A stretch of 64,000 nucleotides of DNA from Escherichia coli (GTDB lineage Bacteria > Pseudomonadota > Gammaproteobacteria > Enterobacterales > Enterobacteriaceae), in assembly GCF_044324875.1 (NCBI RefSeq), contig NZ_CP172185.1, one strand, 5' to 3'. Position numbers and translations under genes: made by a program. Under the pieces are notes generated by a model. It was not told where the DNA came from. It ran no database searches and saw nothing but the letters and a program-made list of their open reading frames with translations. Below, in pieces: positions 60,826-64,000 of this stretch (its first letter is position 1; the number at the start of each line of letters is the position of its first letter).

Positions 60826-61563
60826 GCGCCATTCGCCTGGCATAATCTTTTGCCAGGTTTCATTGCCCGTCAGCGGCTGTGTCGCAATCACCGTGACCAC
60901 ATCATTAGGTGTGGTCTGCGAGCTGAAGTCGATTTCCACATCCTGATCCAGCAACGTTGCCACGCCAAACGGCGCGCGGCGGGTGATCCAGTGTAAATTA
61001 GTCGAGCAATACGCCATTACATAGCGCCCGTCTGAAAGCAGCATGTTGAAAACGCCCTTCTGCCGCAGTTCATCCGCCAGTGAGGCGATATATTTAAACA
61101 CTGCCGCCATGTTGCCCGGTGTGCGCGGGTAACGCTGCGTTAATTTATGCAGGAGCCAGCAAAAGGCTTTTTCGCTATCGGTTTCACCGACCGGGCGGAA
61201 GTTGCCGGTTTCCAGTGATTTGTAGCCCGTCAGTTGCCCGTTATGGGCATAAGTCCAGTTGCGTCCCCATAACTCGCGGGTAAACGGGTGAGTATTTTCC
61301 AGCGCCACCTCGCCCCGATTGGCCTGCCGAATATGAGCCACAACCGAACAGGATTTTATCGGGTAGTCCTGGACAAGTTTGGCGATGGGGGAATTAAAGC
61401 TGGGTTGTGGATCTTTAAATGTGCGACAGCCTTTACCTTCGTAAAAGGTGATGCCCCAGCCATCTTTATGTGGCCCGGTTCCACCACCACGCTGTACAAG
61501 CCCGGTGAAACTAAAGCAGATATCGGTAGGGACGTTGGCGCTCATCCCGAGCAATTCGCACAT
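60796..61563 (-). CDS. yafJ: Class-II glutamine amidotransferase-like protein (255 aa from MCELLG)
   Basis: Met-Cys start typical of Ntn amidotransferases. Confidence 0.85.
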   Translation of the reverse strand: MCELLGMSANVPTDICFSFTGLVQRGGGTGPHKDGWGITFYEGKGCRTFKDPQPSFNSPIAKLVQDYPIKSCSVVAHIRQANRGEVALENTHPFTRELWGRNWTYAHNGQLTGYKSLETGNFRPVGETDSEKAFCWLLHKLTQRYPRTPGNMAAVFKYIASLADELRQKGVFNMLLSDGRYVMAYCSTNLHWITRRAPFGVATLLDQDVEIDFSSQTTPNDVVTVIATQPLTGNETWQKIMPGEWRLFCLGERVV

Positions 61564-61599
61564 GGGTAACCTCCACAACAGCGGGAGCGCATGGCCCCC

Positions 61600-61745
61600 G
61601 GCGAAGATTGATTTAAGTATTTTCAGGTCGGATGCGGCGTAAACGCATTATTCGGCCTACGGTTCGGGTACAGATTTGTAGGCATGATAAGACGCGTCAG
61701 CGTCGCATCAGGCATCAGCGCACAAATGCCGGATGCGGCGTAAAC
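61600..61745. repeat. REP/BIME cluster; its last palindromic unit carries the IS insertion
   Basis: ggtcggatgcggcgtaaacgc..., tgtaggcatgataagacgcg..., gccggatgcggcgtaaac. Confidence 0.8.
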
Positions 61746-62500
<755 letters not shown>

Positions 62501-62604
62501 ATCAGCATACTTGTCCTTAGCCTTCTGCAGTGACAGCTGGTAGTACAGCGTGCTTCTGGCCAGCCCTGCAGCCTTTAACAGGTCAGACTGGCAGTGTCCG
62601 CACC

Positions 62605-63135
62605 TCAGGCTCCGGATGACTTTCGTTTTTTCTCCAGCTCCTGGCGCTTTTTTTCCAGGAGATGCTCCTGCATGGCTTTCAGATATGCATTTTCTGCGCG
62701 AAGATAACGCAGCTCATTCTTCATCTCTTCCGGCGTCATGTTTGCCTCGTTTTCATGGGTATCATCAGAACGGGTCATGCTTTTCTCCTTCCAGCGCCTG
62801 ATAAAGGCCTCATTACCAGATTTGCGGTAGCCTTTTATCCAGTTTTTAACCGTGTTGTGGCTGGGAATGTTAAACCGGGCAGCTACCCGGGGTAGAGACT
62901 CAGAATGCCCGAGAGCATAAAGAACCACGCAAAGTTTATCTTCAGGAGAATAGCTACGCTTGTGTCTGCAATCCAGTGCCCGAGGACCGTGAAGAAGAAA
63001 AAGATTAATCCAGTGTGAGAGGCTGGTGTGAGAAAGTTGAAAGAGTTTTGCCGTAGAAATGATGCCTGCATGACCGGCCAGGTAGTGATTTACAGCGGCA
63101 AGTTTTACTTCAAATGAATGTTTCATAAACTGCAC
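62605..63135 (-). CDS. IS3-family transposase OrfA (HTH)
   Basis: 176-aa ORF ending at the GGAAAAAAAG frameshift window. Confidence 0.7.
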   Translation of the reverse strand: MQFMKHSFEVKLAAVNHYLAGHAGIISTAKLFQLSHTSLSHWINLFLLHGPRALDCRHKRSYSPEDKLCVVLYALGHSESLPRVAARFNIPSHNTVKNWIKGYRKSGNEAFIRRWKEKSMTRSDDTHENEANMTPEEMKNELRYLRAENAYLKAMQEHLLEKKRQELEKKRKSSGA

Positions 63136-63203
63136 CTTCAGATGTCAGATTATGTCCAACATTTGGGGTGCAGTTCAAACGCCTTATCCGGCCTACGCCA
63201 GAC

Positions 63204-63782
63204 TTACTTAACCATCTCTTTTTCAATTAACTGGATCAGGATATGGATCACTTTAATGTGGATCTCCTGAATGCGGTCGGCATAACCAAAGTGCGGTACG
63301 CGAATTTCGATATCCGCTGTGCCAGCCATTTTACCGCCGTCTTTACCGGTCAGGGTGATCACTTTCATCCCCTTCTCACGCGCCGCCGCGATCGCTTTGA
63401 TCACGTTTGCAGAGTTACCTGAGGTGGAGATCCCCAGCAGTACATCGCCTTCGCGACCTACCGCTTCAACGTAACGGGAGAAAATATCATTGAAACCAAA
63501 ATCGTTACCGACGCAGGAAATATGACTAACGTCGGAAATGGCAATCGCCGGGTAGCCCGGACGGTTTTCACGGTAGCGACCGGTCAACTCTTCGGCAAAG
63601 TGCATAGCGTCGCAATGGGAGCCGCCGTTGCCGCAGGAAAGCACTTTGCCACCAGCTTTAAAGCTGTCTGCTAACAGGACCGCCGCGCGCTGAATGGCGT
63701 GAATATTGGCGTCATCTTTTAAAAAGTTAGCCAGCGTTTCCGCCGCTTCGTTCAGTTCGTTACGAATAAGATCCTGGTACAT
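63204..63782 (-). CDS. gmhA: Phosphoheptose isomerase (192 aa from [10 protein letters not shown])
   Basis: SIS-domain protein; track ORF 63204..63944 extends upstream of the true start. Confidence 0.9.
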
Positions 63783-64000
63783 GAGGATATCCTTCAGCAT
63801 AAATGTAATAGACAAAATGCAGTGTACCGGATACCGCCAAAAGCGAGAAGTACGGGCAGGTGCTATGACCAGGACTTTTTGACCTGAAGTGCGGATAAAA
63901 ACAGCAACAATGTGAGCTTTGTTGTAATTATATTGTAAACACATTGCTAAATGTTTTTACATCCACTACAACCATATCATCACAAGTGGTCAGACCTCCT

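Overview
This window reads as an Escherichia coli chromosomal segment, syntenic in inverted orientation with the K-12 gmhA-to-ykgE region. All calls are from reading the sequence and the ORF track; no database search was run, and gene names and K-12 comparisons are from memory. Recognised content (left to right): ykgE (5' part), rclR-rclABC, an aldo-keto reductase, ykgA, full-length eaeH/fdeC adhesin, an accessory redox cluster (two aldo-keto reductases, a LysR gene split by an IS21-family element, a second LysR, an alpha/beta hydrolase, an Old Yellow Enzyme-like reductase), ykgR, a Zur box with ykgM-ykgO, ykgL split by IS1, ecpRABCDE, ykgJ, yagU, paoABCD, a decayed island next to tRNA-Thr (thrW), proBA, phoE, crl, frsA, gpt, pepD, rtcB2-prfH, yafP-yafO-yafN-dinB, a lafU/fhiA Flag-2 remnant, REP clusters with rayT, yafL, yafK, yafJ, an IS3-family element inside a REP, and gmhA. 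No CRISPR array, restriction-modification or other recognisable defence system was seen. The most interesting points are an intact rtcB2-prfH pair with a possible leader peptide and an extra membrane-hydrolase gene, in-frame stop codons in the yafO toxin and in ykgA, and a decayed second copy of the ykgR/rpmJ2 locus near thrW.
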